NCBI GenBank assembly: GCA_947379965.1
Contig: CANCPC010000003.1
Location: 21,153 to 85,152, forward strand
Direction of reading: 5' to 3'
Length of the DNA stretch: 64,000 nucleotides
Source of the DNA: Flavobacteriaceae bacterium
GTDB taxonomy: Bacteria > Bacteroidota > Bacteroidia > Flavobacteriales > Flavobacteriaceae
The position numbers and the translations under genes are program-made. A model generated the notes under the pieces. That model saw nothing but the letters and a program-made list of their open reading frames with translations, had not been told where the DNA came from and did no database searches. This document shows, in pieces, positions 27,391 through 38,463 of this stretch (within the stretch, counting starts at the first letter, position 1; each line of letters opens with the position of its first letter).

Positions 27391-28789
27391 AATCACAAAA
27401 AAATTCATTAACGATTTAAAAGAACTTATCAATAGCAATAATAGAGAACAATTAGAGCTATTACTTACTGAAGTTCACTATGCTGATATTGCTGAGATTC
27501 TTGAAAAATTAAGTTTCAAAAAAGCTATTTACATTTTCAAAGTTTTAGATAGTGAAAAAACAGCTGAGATTTTATTAGAACTTAATGACGATTTACGAGA
27601 GAAAATATTAGGAAGACTTTCTTCTAAAGAAATTGCTGAAGTTCTAGACGAACTCGATACGAATGATGCAACCGATATAATCGGGGAACTTTCTCAGGTA
27701 AAAAAAGAAGAAGTAATTTCTGAGCTTGAAGATGAAGATCACGCTAAGGATATTGTTGATTTACTTCGCTATGACGAGGAAACAGCAGGGGGAATCATGC
27801 ACAAAGAATTAGTAAAAGTCAATGAGAATTGGAATGTAATGACTTGTGTAAAAGAAATGCGAATACAGGCAGAAAATATTTCAAAGGTACATTCTATTTA
27901 TGTTGTTGATGATAATAATATTCTCAAAGGACGTTTATCTCTTAAAGATTTGCTAACTGCGCCCACTACCAAAACACCTATTAGCCAATTTTATATTCGT
28001 AAATTAAATTATGTAGATGTTGAAATGGCAGATGTTGAGGTGGCGCGAATTATGGATAAATACGATTTAGAAGCCATTCCGGTTGTAGATGAATTAGGAC
28101 GATTAGTAGGACGTATCACAATTGATGATGTTATTGATGTCATCAAAGAAGAAATTGAGAAAAGAGATACTGAAGACATTCAAAAGTTTGGAGGTTTAGA
28201 AGCGCTTGAATTGCCTTATGTGCAAACTAGACTCTTCGAAATGGTTAAAAAAAGAGCTACCTGGCTGGTTGTTTTATTTATTGGAGAAATGTTTACCGCC
28301 TCGGCGATGGGATTTTTTCAAGGGGAAATAGAAAAAGCAGTTGTTTTGGCATTATTCGTTCCGCTTATTATTTCGAGTGGTGGGAATTCGGGTTCACAAG
28401 CGGCCACTTTGATCATTCGTGCTATGGCTCTAAAAGAACTTACGTTGAAAGATTGGTGGTATGTGATGAAAAAGGAAATTGCATCTGGATTTTTATTGGG
28501 ATCAATATTAGGAATTGTAGGTTTTTTAAGAATTTTGATTTGGCAACAAACAGGAATTTATGAATATGGAATTCATTGGTTTACTGTTGCTTTAACAGTT
28601 TCAATCTCGTTGGTATTTATTGTTTTGTGGGGAACTCTTTCCGGCTCAATGATACCCTTTTTATTAAAAAAACTTAAATTAGATCCAGCAACATCATCTG
28701 CTCCTTTTGTAGCCACGTTAGTCGATGTTACTGGTTTGGTTATTTATTTCACAATTGCCTCTTTATTGTTAAAAGGCAAATTGTTATAA
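27380..28789 (+). CDS. mgtE: Magnesium transporter MgtE
   Basis: N domain, CBS pair, [31 protein letters not shown]. Confidence 0.96.
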   Translation: MEFKITKKFINDLKELINSNNREQLELLLTEVHYADIAEILEKLSFKKAIYIFKVLDSEKTAEILLELNDDLREKILGRLSSKEIAEVLDELDTNDATDIIGELSQVKKEEVISELEDEDHAKDIVDLLRYDEETAGGIMHKELVKVNENWNVMTCVKEMRIQAENISKVHSIYVVDDNNILKGRLSLKDLLTAPTTKTPISQFYIRKLNYVDVEMADVEVARIMDKYDLEAIPVVDELGRLVGRITIDDVIDVIKEEIEKRDTEDIQKFGGLEALELPYVQTRLFEMVKKRATWLVVLFIGEMFTASAMGFFQGEIEKAVVLALFVPLIISSGGNSGSQAATLIIRAMALKELTLKDWWYVMKKEIASGFLLGSILGIVGFLRILIWQQTGIYEYGIHWFTVALTVSISLVFIVLWGTLSGSMIPFLLKKLKLDPATSSAPFVATLVDVTGLVIYFTIASLLLKGKLL

Positions 28790-28835
28790 AATTAAATTGA
28801 ATATAATTATTTAAAAGAATCAATAATTAAATAAA

Positions 28836-29612
28836 ATGAAAGTACACATTATAGGAGGAGGAAACTTAGGTGTTTCAATAGCATTAGGAATAGCAAAATT
28901 TTCGACAATAAATCAGGTTACAGTTACACGAAGAAATACGTCAAGTATTCTTTATTTAGAAAAATTGGATATTACGGTTTCAAAAGAAAATACTTTCCAT
29001 ATTCAAGAGGCGGATGTAATTATTTTGACTATAAAACCATATCAGGTAGATACTGTATTGGCCGAAATATTACCTTCTATTTCTAATAAAGTCATTGCTT
29101 CTGCAGTTAGTGGATTATCAATTGAAGCCCTTCAAAACAAGATTGGCGTTACAAATTATGCTGTTAGAATCATGCCAAATATTGCATCACAATTTGGTGC
29201 ATCGGCCACTTGTATTGCTTTTAACGAAAAAAACAAAGAGAATGTGCAAAATGTAGTTACTCTTTTCCAAGATTTAGGAACAGCTCCAATTATTGACGAA
29301 AAGTTAATGGATGCAGCTACTGTTTTGGCAGCAAGTGGAACTGCTTTTGCATTGCGTTATATTCGTGCTTCAATGCAAGCAGGCATCGAAATAGGATTCG
29401 ATTGGAAAACAGCATTGGCTATTTCGGCACAAACAGTAAAAGGAGCAGCAGAAATGATTTTGGAAGAAAATATACATCCAGAACAATTAATTGATAGAGT
29501 AACAACGCCACAAGGCTGTACGATTGCTGGTCTAAACGAAATGGAATTACACGGGTTTAGTGCTTCTTTAATAAAAGGAATAAAAACTTCTTTGAAACAA
29601 ATTAAAGGGTAA
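28836..29612 (+). CDS. proC: Pyrroline-5-carboxylate reductase
   Basis: IIGGGNLG, IKPYQ, RIMPN, VTTPQGCTIAG. Confidence 0.95.
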   Translation: MKVHIIGGGNLGVSIALGIAKFSTINQVTVTRRNTSSILYLEKLDITVSKENTFHIQEADVIILTIKPYQVDTVLAEILPSISNKVIASAVSGLSIEALQNKIGVTNYAVRIMPNIASQFGASATCIAFNEKNKENVQNVVTLFQDLGTAPIIDEKLMDAATVLAASGTAFALRYIRASMQAGIEIGFDWKTALAISAQTVKGAAEMILEENIHPEQLIDRVTTPQGCTIAGLNEMELHGFSASLIKGIKTSLKQIKG

Positions 29613-29631
29613 ATTCCGAATACTAATTTCG

Positions 29632-29671
29632 AAAAGGGTGTTTAACTATAAAAAGTTAAATACCCTTTTTT
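29632..29671. terminator. Bidirectional terminator between proC and nhaA
   Basis: aaaagggtgtttaact...agttaaataccctttt. Confidence 0.75.
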
Positions 29672-30818
29672 ATGTTTTTTTAGAGCTGTTTTTCAAAGTA
29701 AATTTCAATCCTAAAAAACCTAAAATTCCCGCTATAAAAGAAGCTATTAAAATGGCGATTTTAGAAATGGCAATATCTTCAGGTTCTTTAAAAGCAAGTA
29801 ACGTAATAAAAATAGACATTGTAAAACCTATTCCGCCAAGCATTCCTGCGCCAATAATAGTTTTCCAATTTAAATCTTTGGGCAAGGCGCATAATCCTAA
29901 ACTAACTCCAAGTAAGGAGAATAGAAATATTCCAAGGGGTTTTCCAATGACAAGTCCCAGGATAATTCCAAGCGAATTGGCGTGAACCAGGCCTTCTTGC
30001 CAGTTTGAATTAATGGCAATACACGTATTAGCAATAGCAAAAAAGGGAAGAATTATAAAAGCCACAGGTTTGTGTAAAAAATACTGTAATCGATAAGAAG
30101 AAGTTTTTTTTCCGCCATCTCCAAACGGAATCACAAAAGCCAATAAAACACCTGTAATTGTCGCATGAACACCCGAATTGAGCATGAAATACCACATCGC
30201 AATTCCGCCAATTAAATAGGGAATTAGGTTGTGAATCTTCATTCGATTAAGAATAAACAAAACTCCCAAAATGCTTAATGCAATTCCTAAATTTAAGAAA
30301 GATATGGTTGTGGTATAAAATACCGCAATTACGATAATAGCTCCCAAATCATCCATTACGGCAAGCGCAGTCAGGAATATTTTCAAGGATGTCGGAACTC
30401 GATTTCCCAAAAGCGATAATATGCCTATGGCAAAAGCAATGTCCGTTGCCATTGGGATTCCTGCGCCATTTTGTGTTGCTGTCCCAATGTTTAACAATAA
30501 AAATAGACACGCAGGAATGAGCATTCCGCCAAATGCGCCAAAAATAGGCAAGGCAGCATTTTTGATACTCGATAATTCCCCATGATAAATTTCACGTTCT
30601 AATTCTAAACCAATTAAAAGAAAGAAAATCGTCATCAATCCATCATTGATCCAATGCGTGATAGAATGAGGACCAACATTCGTTGACCAAAATTGTATAT
30701 ATTCCGTTTGAATGCTTGAATTGGCAAGGAAAAGCGACAAAATAGTCACGAAAACCAGAAGAATTCCGCCCGTTTTTTCACTTTCAAAAAAGGTCTTAAA
30801 TGTTGCCGTTAATCTCAT
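29670..30818 (-). CDS. nhaA: Na+/H+ antiporter NhaA
   Basis: WINDGLM, PMATDIAF, LAVMDDLGA, SGVHAT, GKPLG, GIGFTMSIFI. Confidence 0.97.
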   Translation of the reverse strand: MRLTATFKTFFESEKTGGILLVFVTILSLFLANSSIQTEYIQFWSTNVGPHSITHWINDGLMTIFFLLIGLELEREIYHGELSSIKNAALPIFGAFGGMLIPACLFLLLNIGTATQNGAGIPMATDIAFAIGILSLLGNRVPTSLKIFLTALAVMDDLGAIIVIAVFYTTTISFLNLGIALSILGVLFILNRMKIHNLIPYLIGGIAMWYFMLNSGVHATITGVLLAFVIPFGDGGKKTSSYRLQYFLHKPVAFIILPFFAIANTCIAINSNWQEGLVHANSLGIILGLVIGKPLGIFLFSLLGVSLGLCALPKDLNWKTIIGAGMLGGIGFTMSIFITLLAFKEPEDIAISKIAILIASFIAGILGFLGLKFTLKNSSKKT

Positions 30819-30852
30819 TTTTTGTGTTTTATTTTCAAAAGGGTAAATTTTT

Positions 30853-30908
30853 AAAAATCCGTTTTAATCTGTGTTTTTGTGATAGCAAATCGGCCTTTAT
30901 CGGCGTCC
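30853..30908. repeat. Degenerate REP-like half element (AATCCG/AATCTG/AATCGG units)
   Basis: aaaatccgttttaatctgtgtttttgtgatagcaaatcggcctttatcggcgtcc. Confidence 0.4.
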
Positions 30909-31013
30909 AAATTTTATACAAACATACACAATTGTAGCATTAAACTCTTTTACTCAAACATTAAACGGCATTTTTTTTGTTATTTTGGTAAACCAAATTT
31001 AGAAACATTTTTT

Positions 31014-31964
31014 ATGGACATCAAGATCCTTCATATCGATAGCAATCACCCCTTACTTTGGGAACAATTACAGCAATCTGGTTTTATGAATCACGAAGAT
31101 TTTACGTCTTCAAAAGAAGAAATAGAAGCTAAAATTCAAGATTATCAAGGAATTGTTATCCGAAGCCGATTTAAAATTGATAAAACATTCCTCGACAAAG
31201 CCACACATTTGCAATTTATTGCACGTGTTGGCGCAGGTTTGGAAAGTATAGATTGTGACTATGCTATTAGCAAAAATATTCAGCTTATTGCTGCTCCTGA
31301 AGGCAACAGCAATGCAGTGGCCGAACATACTTTGGGAATGATTTTATCGCTTTTTAATAATTTGAATCAAGCAGATAATGAAATAAAATCAGGACATTGG
31401 AACCGAGAAAAAAACCGTGGTCACGAACTTGATGGGAAAACCGTTGGGATTATTGGATATGGTAATATGGGAAAATCATTTGCTAAAAAATTAAGAGGTT
31501 TTGATGTTGACGTATTATGTTATGATATTATAGAAAATGTCGGCGACGCCAATGCAAGACAAGTAGGGCTAAAAGAATTTCAACAAAAAATTGATGTTTT
31601 GAGTTTGCATATTCCTTGGACACCTGAAACGGATAAAATGATTAATGGGGATTTTATTAACGCTTTTGCAAAACCATTTTGGATTTTAAACACCTCAAGA
31701 GGAAAAAATATTGTCACAGCAGATTTGGTTGAAGCAATGAAATATGGAAAAATCTATGGTGCCGGTTTAGATGTTTTAGAATATGAAAAGTTGTCCTTCG
31801 AAACACTTTTTCACGATAATGATACACCTGAAGTTTTTCAGTATTTATTGAATGCTAAAAACGTACTTCTTACTCCACACATAGCGGGTTGGACATTTGA
31901 AAGTCATGAAAGATTGGCGCAAGTGATTGTGGATAAAATCAAGTTAAAATATAATTTGCTTTAA
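31014..31964 (+). CDS. D-2-hydroxyacid dehydrogenase (SerA-like)
   Basis: ARVGAG, AVAEH, GIIGYGNMG, NTSRG, LDV, TPHIAG; start moved to MDIKILH. Confidence 0.9.
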   Translation: MDIKILHIDSNHPLLWEQLQQSGFMNHEDFTSSKEEIEAKIQDYQGIVIRSRFKIDKTFLDKATHLQFIARVGAGLESIDCDYAISKNIQLIAAPEGNSNAVAEHTLGMILSLFNNLNQADNEIKSGHWNREKNRGHELDGKTVGIIGYGNMGKSFAKKLRGFDVDVLCYDIIENVGDANARQVGLKEFQQKIDVLSLHIPWTPETDKMINGDFINAFAKPFWILNTSRGKNIVTADLVEAMKYGKIYGAGLDVLEYEKLSFETLFHDNDTPEVFQYLLNAKNVLLTPHIAGWTFESHERLAQVIVDKIKLKYNLL

Positions 31965-32022
31965 ATAATTGAAAATAAATGATTTTATTTTTTACTTTTA
32001 ATCAATTAAAAATCAATTTCCT

Positions 32023-32304
32023 ATGGAAAATTTAAAACACGAGGACTGGAATAATCCCCGACCTGTTTATCAAGACAATAAAAAAATAGCTGCTGGACTC
32101 TTGGCAATTCTTTTGGGACCTTTAGGGATTCATAAATTCCTTCTTGGTTACACGAATGAAGGCATAATTTGGTTGGTAATTAGCCTTTGTACTTGTGGAA
32201 CGGTAACAAGTGTTTTGGGACTTATTGAAGGAATTATTTATCTAACAAAATCAGACCAAGAGTTTTATGAAACGTATCAAGTCAATAAAAAAGAATGGTT
32301 CTAA
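32023..32304 (+). CDS. TM2 domain protein
   Basis: KKIAAGLLAILLGPLGIHKFLLGY. Confidence 0.92.
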   Translation: MENLKHEDWNNPRPVYQDNKKIAAGLLAILLGPLGIHKFLLGYTNEGIIWLVISLCTCGTVTSVLGLIEGIIYLTKSDQEFYETYQVNKKEWF

Positions 32305-32308
32305 TAAT

Positions 32309-32335
32309 AAAAAAGCCGCATAAATTGCGGCTTTT
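32309..32335. terminator. Bidirectional terminator
   Basis: aaaagccgca-N5-tgcggctttt between convergent genes. Confidence 0.8.
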
Positions 32336-32347
32336 GTTTTGTAATTC

Positions 32348-34147
32348 TTATTCTTTCTCGGATAACTTTCGTTCTAATTCAGCCTGAAATTCTTCCATTA
32401 CCGGTTTTACGGTGCTGTCAGGAATGTCAGATATTCTTATGTACATTAAACCGTCTACCGCATTATTAAACAAAGGATCTACATTAAATGCGACCACCCG
32501 AGCATTTTGTTTGATGTATTTTTTTATCAATACGGGCAATCGCAAAGAACCTGGTTCAAGTTCATCAATAATTTTGTCAAATTTATTTAAATCGGCTTCT
32601 GCTTCATTAAAAACAAAGTCCTTATCTGCATCTTTTAGTTTTACTTTAAATGCTTTTTTCGGGTGAATATATTGAGCAATGTAGGGATCGTAAAAATTAG
32701 ATTTCATAAATTCAATCATTAACGATTTCGAAAAATCGGAGAATTGATTACTAATACTTACACCACCAAGCAAGAATTTATGCTCTGGATAACGTAAAGT
32801 AATATGAATGATTCCTTTCCAAAGTAAGAAAAGAGGCATTGGTTTTTGTTGGTATTCTTTTATAATAAAAGCACGACCCATTTCGATCGATTTGCTCAGC
32901 ATATCGTGTAATTCAGGTTCAAATCTAAAAAGATCGTTTAGATAAAAACCTTCGATACCATATTCAGGAAAAATTTCTGTCCCTAAACCCATTCTATATG
33001 CTCCTGCAATTTTTTTAGCATCGTCATCCCACAAAAACATATGACGGTAATGCTTATCAAAAGCGTCAATATCTGTCGATTCATTTGTACCTTCACCCAC
33101 TTCTCTAAAAGTAATTTCACGCAATCTTCCTATTTCATGAAGTATATTCGGGATGTATTTTGCTTTGGCAAAAAACACTTCATAGTTCTTACTTTGCAGT
33201 AATCGGCAGTCGTTTTTTCTTAAAGAAGCTACCTCATTTATCATATTCTCTTGGCAAGCGGCATCTACAATTTCCTTTGGATTTTTTGGGATTTTTAGAT
33301 TTGGCGTAGGTAAAAAAGGGGTTTCCTTTTCAAAAGGATTTGCCAGCATATACGTTTTTCGTCTTAAAAATTCTGAATATTCTTCGATGCTTGAATGCTC
33401 ATTTTGTTCAGCAACAGAAATAGGTTTTCCAATACGAACTTTGATTACGCGGTGTTTTTGACTAAAAACTTCAGATGGTAATTTTGCCGTGCGTAACGTA
33501 TCACTTATTTTTGATAGAAAATAAAAAAACCAGCTGTTTTTAGCATGAAAATAGATAGGAACAACAGGTACTTGAGCTTTCCTTATTACTTTTATAGCAC
33601 CTTCTTCCCATGGTTTGTCAACCACAAGCTTCCCGTCTTTATAAGTCGAAACTTCTCCCGCAGGGAACATTCCTAGGGGTTTACCATCTTTTAAGTGCCG
33701 AAGGGTTTCCTTAATTCCAACCACGCTAGATTTTGCATCTTTATGATTTTCGAAAGGATTAACAGGCATTATATATTTCTTTAATGGCTCAATTCTGTGT
33801 AGAAGAAAGTTGGCAATTATTTTGAAATTAGGCTCTCTTTCGAGCATTAATTTTAATAATAAAACACCATCAATTCCTCCCAATGGGTGATTTGAAATAG
33901 TAATGTAAGCTCCTTCTTTTGGCAAACGTTTGAAATCTTGTTCTGGAATTTCGAATTTTATTTGTAAATCATCTAAAATAGCATTCAAAAACTCAACATC
34001 TTTCAAGTGTTTGTTGCCGTCGTAAAATTTGTTTAAAGTAGATATTTTAAGTGCTTTCATTAATAACCAACCTGATAAAGTACCCAAAAAACCGTACTTA
34101 TCTGCGTTTATTGCTTTGGCAACTTCTTTTGCGGTAACTAAACCCAT
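32348..34147 (-). CDS. olsF: Bifunctional PlsC-type O-acyltransferase / GNAT N-acyltransferase (OlsF-like amino-lipid synthase)
   Basis: N-terminal NHPLGGID (HX4D) and FPAGEVS; C-terminal IGRLREITFREVGEG...GAYR...EMGRAF. Confidence 0.7.
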   Translation of the reverse strand: MGLVTAKEVAKAINADKYGFLGTLSGWLLMKALKISTLNKFYDGNKHLKDVEFLNAILDDLQIKFEIPEQDFKRLPKEGAYITISNHPLGGIDGVLLLKLMLEREPNFKIIANFLLHRIEPLKKYIMPVNPFENHKDAKSSVVGIKETLRHLKDGKPLGMFPAGEVSTYKDGKLVVDKPWEEGAIKVIRKAQVPVVPIYFHAKNSWFFYFLSKISDTLRTAKLPSEVFSQKHRVIKVRIGKPISVAEQNEHSSIEEYSEFLRRKTYMLANPFEKETPFLPTPNLKIPKNPKEIVDAACQENMINEVASLRKNDCRLLQSKNYEVFFAKAKYIPNILHEIGRLREITFREVGEGTNESTDIDAFDKHYRHMFLWDDDAKKIAGAYRMGLGTEIFPEYGIEGFYLNDLFRFEPELHDMLSKSIEMGRAFIIKEYQQKPMPLFLLWKGIIHITLRYPEHKFLLGGVSISNQFSDFSKSLMIEFMKSNFYDPYIAQYIHPKKAFKVKLKDADKDFVFNEAEADLNKFDKIIDELEPGSLRLPVLIKKYIKQNARVVAFNVDPLFNNAVDGLMYIRISDIPDSTVKPVMEEFQAELERKLSEKE

Positions 34148-34259
34148 ATTAATTTTGAATTAATCCAAAAACAAAGATAGCAAAAAACTCCATTTTCTTT
34201 GTTTTTTGAGAGTCAATATTTCTTGTTTTTTATTACTTTTGATATTCAAAACACTTTTA

Positions 34260-35024
34260 ATGAAAATCATTTCTTATAACGTAAACGGAATTAGATCCGC
34301 AATTTCAAAAGGATTTATCGGCTGGATTCAACAAGTTAACCCCGATGTAATATGCCTTCAGGAAATTAAAGCAACTCCAGATCAAATTCCTCTTTTAGAT
34401 TTTGAACTCGCAGGCTATCCCTATCATTACTGGTTTCCAGCAACAAAAAAAGGCTATAGTGGTGTTGCAATTTTGTCTAAAACTGAGCCCAAAAAGGTTG
34501 TTTTTGGAACTGGAATTGAGTATATGGATTTTGAAGGGAGAAATATTCGCGTTGATTTTGAAGACTTTTCGGTGATGAGTTTGTACTTGCCATCGGGAAC
34601 AAATTCCGAAAGATTAGACCATAAATTCATGTACATGGATGATTTTCAAAATTATATCAACACGCTAAAAATTGAAATCCCGAACCTAGTAATCTGTGGA
34701 GATTATAACATTTGCCACGAAGCAATTGATATTCATGATCCTATTAGAAACAAAAAAGTTTCTGGTTTTTTACCCGAAGAAAGAGCTTGGTTAGACAATT
34801 TTTTGAAAAATGGATTCGTCGATAGTTTTCGATTCTTTAATAAAGAACCGGATAATTATACCTGGTGGACGGTTCGATTTCCTAGTGCAAGATTACAAAA
34901 CAAAGGGTGGCGAATAGATTATTGCTTAGTTAGTGAACCCTTAAAACAAAAACTAAAAAGAGCCGTTATATTACCGGAAGCAAAACATTCCGACCATTGC
35001 CCAATATTGGTAGAACTTGAATAG
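34260..35024 (+). CDS. xth: Exodeoxyribonuclease III
   Basis: SYNVNGIR, CLQEIK, GYSGVA, GDYN, GWRIDY, SDHCP. Confidence 0.96.
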   Translation: MKIISYNVNGIRSAISKGFIGWIQQVNPDVICLQEIKATPDQIPLLDFELAGYPYHYWFPATKKGYSGVAILSKTEPKKVVFGTGIEYMDFEGRNIRVDFEDFSVMSLYLPSGTNSERLDHKFMYMDDFQNYINTLKIEIPNLVICGDYNICHEAIDIHDPIRNKKVSGFLPEERAWLDNFLKNGFVDSFRFFNKEPDNYTWWTVRFPSARLQNKGWRIDYCLVSEPLKQKLKRAVILPEAKHSDHCPILVELE

Positions 35025-35094
35025 TTTTATTGTAAATGAATCAATAGAGTACTATAATAAAACTAATTTTCAAATGTCATCAAAAATAAAAATA

Positions 35095-36330
35095 ATGAAA
35101 AATCTTTTGCTAATTCTTTTTTTCGGATTATTTTTTTTAAAGTCCCATTCTCAAGTTAATTATGAAAAGGCTTATTTTATAGATAATAAAAATGTTAGAA
35201 CAGAATGTTTTATTAAGAATAAGGACTTATATAACAATCCAAATTCTTTTGAATATAAGTTAAGTCCAGAAGATAATTTTGTGAAAATTGGTGAAATTAG
35301 CAACATTAAGGAATTTGGGATTATCGACTTTATAAAATTTGAGAGGAATATTGTAAAAATGGATATGTCAAGTATTAATCTTGATAAGTTAAGTGAAAAA
35401 AATGAACCTGAATGGAAGGAACAAACACTTTTTCTTAGAGTATTGATTGATGGCAAAGCTACTTTGTATGAATATAAAAATGAGAATTTGAGAAGGTATT
35501 TTTACAAATTGAATAATTCTGCTGTACAACAACTCATCTATAAAAGGTATTTTGTAGAAAACACAAGTCATACAGAGACAGCTGCAAATAATGATTTTCA
35601 AAAGCAATTATATTCAGAGATATACTGTGAGAACATGCCGATTAATAGTATTCTTAAACTTGAATATAGGAGTGATGATTTGTCAAGTTATTTTGTAGAA
35701 TATAACATTTGTCAAAATTATAATTATATAAATTATAAAAATAAGGAGGCAAAAGGCAGTGTGAATTTTAAAATGAAGGAAGGTTTAGTTTTTTCTAAAC
35801 TTCAAATTCCTTTCGGCACCAATTTTTCATATATAGATTTTGGTGCAAAAATCAGCAACAATATTGCTGGAGAAGTTGAATATATATCACCTTTTAATAG
35901 AAATAAATGGTCTATTTATTTAGGAACAGGTTATCAAACCTATAAAAAAAAGACGGATTATAAAATTATAAATGATTCTGGCGTCTTATTCGCAAATGAT
36001 ATAATTCATAAATTTGAAACAGATTATAAATATTTTGATTTAATTTTTGGAATAAGACATTATATGTTTTTAAATGACAAGTCTAGTATCTACCTGAATA
36101 TAGGATATGTTTTTGGTTTGCCTATGAATTCGACTATTAAAATTGACGATATATTATATCGAGAAATTTATACTCGAATGGGAGTTACTTATGGTTTAGG
36201 CTATAATTATAAATCAAAATATAACCTAGAATTTAGGATAAGTAGTAACCATTTAGATAAATATTATGCGTATTCCCAATATGATTCTTTTTCGTTGGTT
36301 TTTGGATACACATTATTTAATAATAAATAA
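35095..36330 (+). CDS. Hypothetical exported protein with probable C-terminal outer-membrane beta-barrel
   Basis: Signal peptide MKNLLLILFF..SHSQ; alternating aromatic strands ending FSLVFGYTLF; very low GC. Confidence 0.65.
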   Translation: MKNLLLILFFGLFFLKSHSQVNYEKAYFIDNKNVRTECFIKNKDLYNNPNSFEYKLSPEDNFVKIGEISNIKEFGIIDFIKFERNIVKMDMSSINLDKLSEKNEPEWKEQTLFLRVLIDGKATLYEYKNENLRRYFYKLNNSAVQQLIYKRYFVENTSHTETAANNDFQKQLYSEIYCENMPINSILKLEYRSDDLSSYFVEYNICQNYNYINYKNKEAKGSVNFKMKEGLVFSKLQIPFGTNFSYIDFGAKISNNIAGEVEYISPFNRNKWSIYLGTGYQTYKKKTDYKIINDSGVLFANDIIHKFETDYKYFDLIFGIRHYMFLNDKSSIYLNIGYVFGLPMNSTIKIDDILYREIYTRMGVTYGLGYNYKSKYNLEFRISSNHLDKYYAYSQYDSFSLVFGYTLFNNK

Positions 36331-36341
36331 CATAAATAAAA

Positions 36342-37283
36342 ATGATAAAAAAAATTTCCCTTGGATTGCTAGTAGTGGCACTTTCAACTTCTTGTGTTTC
36401 TAAGAAAATATACAATGATTTAGAAAATAAATATGCCAATTTAAAGAAAGAAAACCGAAGTATGTCAGACGAAAATGCTGATTTATTAAAATCGAAAAAC
36501 CAATTGGAATTGGATCGTACTTCATTAAATAAAGAATTAGAAAAAGCAAAATCGGAGCGTGATAAATGGCGAGCTGATTATAATGCTGCAAATGAAAAAT
36601 TGAATCTTTTGCAGGATTCTTATACTGCTTTGGAAAAAAACAGCAATGAATCTCTTAAGGCAAATATGGCCAAAAACCGTGATTTGTTAGCTGAATTAGA
36701 AGCTAAAGGAAAAGCTTTGGCTTTAGATAAAGAACGTCTAGACAAAAGTAATCAAAGATTGACAGAGCTTGAGGCTTTGATTGCTGCTAAAGAAGCCGGA
36801 ATGCTCAAACTGAAAGAAGCACTCTCTAACGCACTAAATAGTTTCGAAGGAAAAGGGTTGACAATTGAACAAAAAAACGGCAAAGTTTATGTTTCTATGG
36901 AGAACAAGTTACTATTCAGTTCTGGAAGTTGGGCGGTAGGTACTGAAGGTAAAAAAGCAGTTGTTGAGGTGGGAAAAGTATTAGGAGACAATCCCGATAT
37001 CTCTGTTCTTATCGAAGGTCATACGGATGATGTTCCTTATGGAGGTTCAGGTGCTATTGCTGACAACTGGGATTTATCAACCAAAAGAGCTACTTCGATT
37101 GTCGCTATTTTGAGTGAAAACAAAAAAATAAATAAACAAAATTTAACTGCAGCAGGAAGGGGTGAATTTTCGCCACTTGCTAGTAATGCAACTGCCGAAG
37201 GAAAGGCAAAAAATCGTAGAATTGAAGTGATTTTAACGCCAAAACTTGACGCAATTGCGGATATGTTGAAGGATATTAACTAA
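36342..37283 (+). CDS. OmpA/MotB-family lipoprotein with long coiled coil
   Basis: Lipobox STSC; IEGHTD, NWDLSTKRA, NRRIE. Confidence 0.92.
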   Translation: MIKKISLGLLVVALSTSCVSKKIYNDLENKYANLKKENRSMSDENADLLKSKNQLELDRTSLNKELEKAKSERDKWRADYNAANEKLNLLQDSYTALEKNSNESLKANMAKNRDLLAELEAKGKALALDKERLDKSNQRLTELEALIAAKEAGMLKLKEALSNALNSFEGKGLTIEQKNGKVYVSMENKLLFSSGSWAVGTEGKKAVVEVGKVLGDNPDISVLIEGHTDDVPYGGSGAIADNWDLSTKRATSIVAILSENKKINKQNLTAAGRGEFSPLASNATAEGKAKNRRIEVILTPKLDAIADMLKDIN

Positions 37284-37302
37284 GTTTTAAATAATATATT
37301 TT

Positions 37303-37335
37303 AAAAAGGTTCACATGAAAATGGGAACCTTTTTT
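37303..37335 (+). terminator. Intrinsic terminator
   Basis: aaaaaggttc...gaaccttttt. Confidence 0.75.
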
Positions 37336-37417
37336 AGTTTAAAAAATTGTTAACGACTTACAAAATCTGCATTCTAAGTACTACTTTTACATCCTATAAT
37401 TTTATCACCCCTAATAA

Positions 37418-38455
37418 ATGAAACAAACAACTTTACCAGATACCGATATAAAAGTCAGTAAAATTTGTCTTGGCACAATGACTTTTGGCGAACAAAATAC
37501 CGAGGCCGAAGGTCACTCACAAATGGATTATGCACTCGAAAATGGTGTCAATTTTTTTGACACTGCCGAAATGTATTCTGTTCCTGGGAGAAAAGAAACG
37601 TATGGGAGTACTGAAAAAATTATTGGAACCTGGTTCAAAAAATCAGGACGTAGAGAAGAAATTATTTTGGCTTCGAAAATCGCAGGACCCAATCCTGGAT
37701 TATCCTATATTCGAGAAAATATGGATTTTTCTCCAGCAAGTATTGCCTTGTCAATAGATAAAAGTTTGATTCGATTACAAACAGAATATATCGATATCTA
37801 TCAATTGCATTGGCCAGAACGCAAAGCAAATTTCTTTGGCCAACGAGGATTTAAGACACAAGACGACGCTTGGGAGGATAATGTTCATTCCGTTCTTGAA
37901 ACTTTAGATGGGTTTATCAAGCAAGGAAAAATCAATCATATTGGACTTTCGAACGAAACTCCATGGGGAATCATGCGCTTTTTGGAAGAAAGTAAATACC
38001 AAAATTTACCAAGAATAAAAACGGTTCAAAATCCTTACTCTTTATTGAATAGACTATTCGAAAATGGTTCTGCCGAAATCTGCATTCGCGAAAATGTGGG
38101 TTTATTAGCTTATTCGCCAATGGCCTTTGGGTTATTATCGGGTAAATTCTTATCGGGTGAAAGTCATCCAAATTCAAGAATTAAATTGTTTCCTCAATTT
38201 GCAAGATATAATAGCGCACAATCTGCCGAAGCTACACGATTATATAATGAGGTTGCAAAAAAACATGGTTTAACATTGACCGAATTATCTTTGGCTTTTG
38301 TAAACCAACAAGCTTTTGTGACCAGCACAATTATTGGAGCCACAACTCTGGAACAATTAAAAGAAAATATTGCCTCGATTGATGTGGTTTTATCAGATGA
38401 AATTTTAAAAGATATTGATGCTGTTCAAGCTATAATTCCAGATCCAGCACCCTAA
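37418..38455 (+). CDS. NADP(H)-dependent aldo/keto reductase (Tas-like)
   Basis: LGTMTFGEQN, DTAEMY, YQLHWP, GLSNETPWG, QNPYSLLNR. Confidence 0.93.
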   Translation: MKQTTLPDTDIKVSKICLGTMTFGEQNTEAEGHSQMDYALENGVNFFDTAEMYSVPGRKETYGSTEKIIGTWFKKSGRREEIILASKIAGPNPGLSYIRENMDFSPASIALSIDKSLIRLQTEYIDIYQLHWPERKANFFGQRGFKTQDDAWEDNVHSVLETLDGFIKQGKINHIGLSNETPWGIMRFLEESKYQNLPRIKTVQNPYSLLNRLFENGSAEICIRENVGLLAYSPMAFGLLSGKFLSGESHPNSRIKLFPQFARYNSAQSAEATRLYNEVAKKHGLTLTELSLAFVNQQAFVTSTIIGATTLEQLKENIASIDVVLSDEILKDIDAVQAIIPDPAP

Positions 38456-38463
38456 TAAAAAAT

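Noticed and set aside
36342-37283. Flagellar motor protein MotB
   Set aside because: It has a lipobox and coiled coil instead of the MotB TM helix with conserved Asp, and no motA is adjacent
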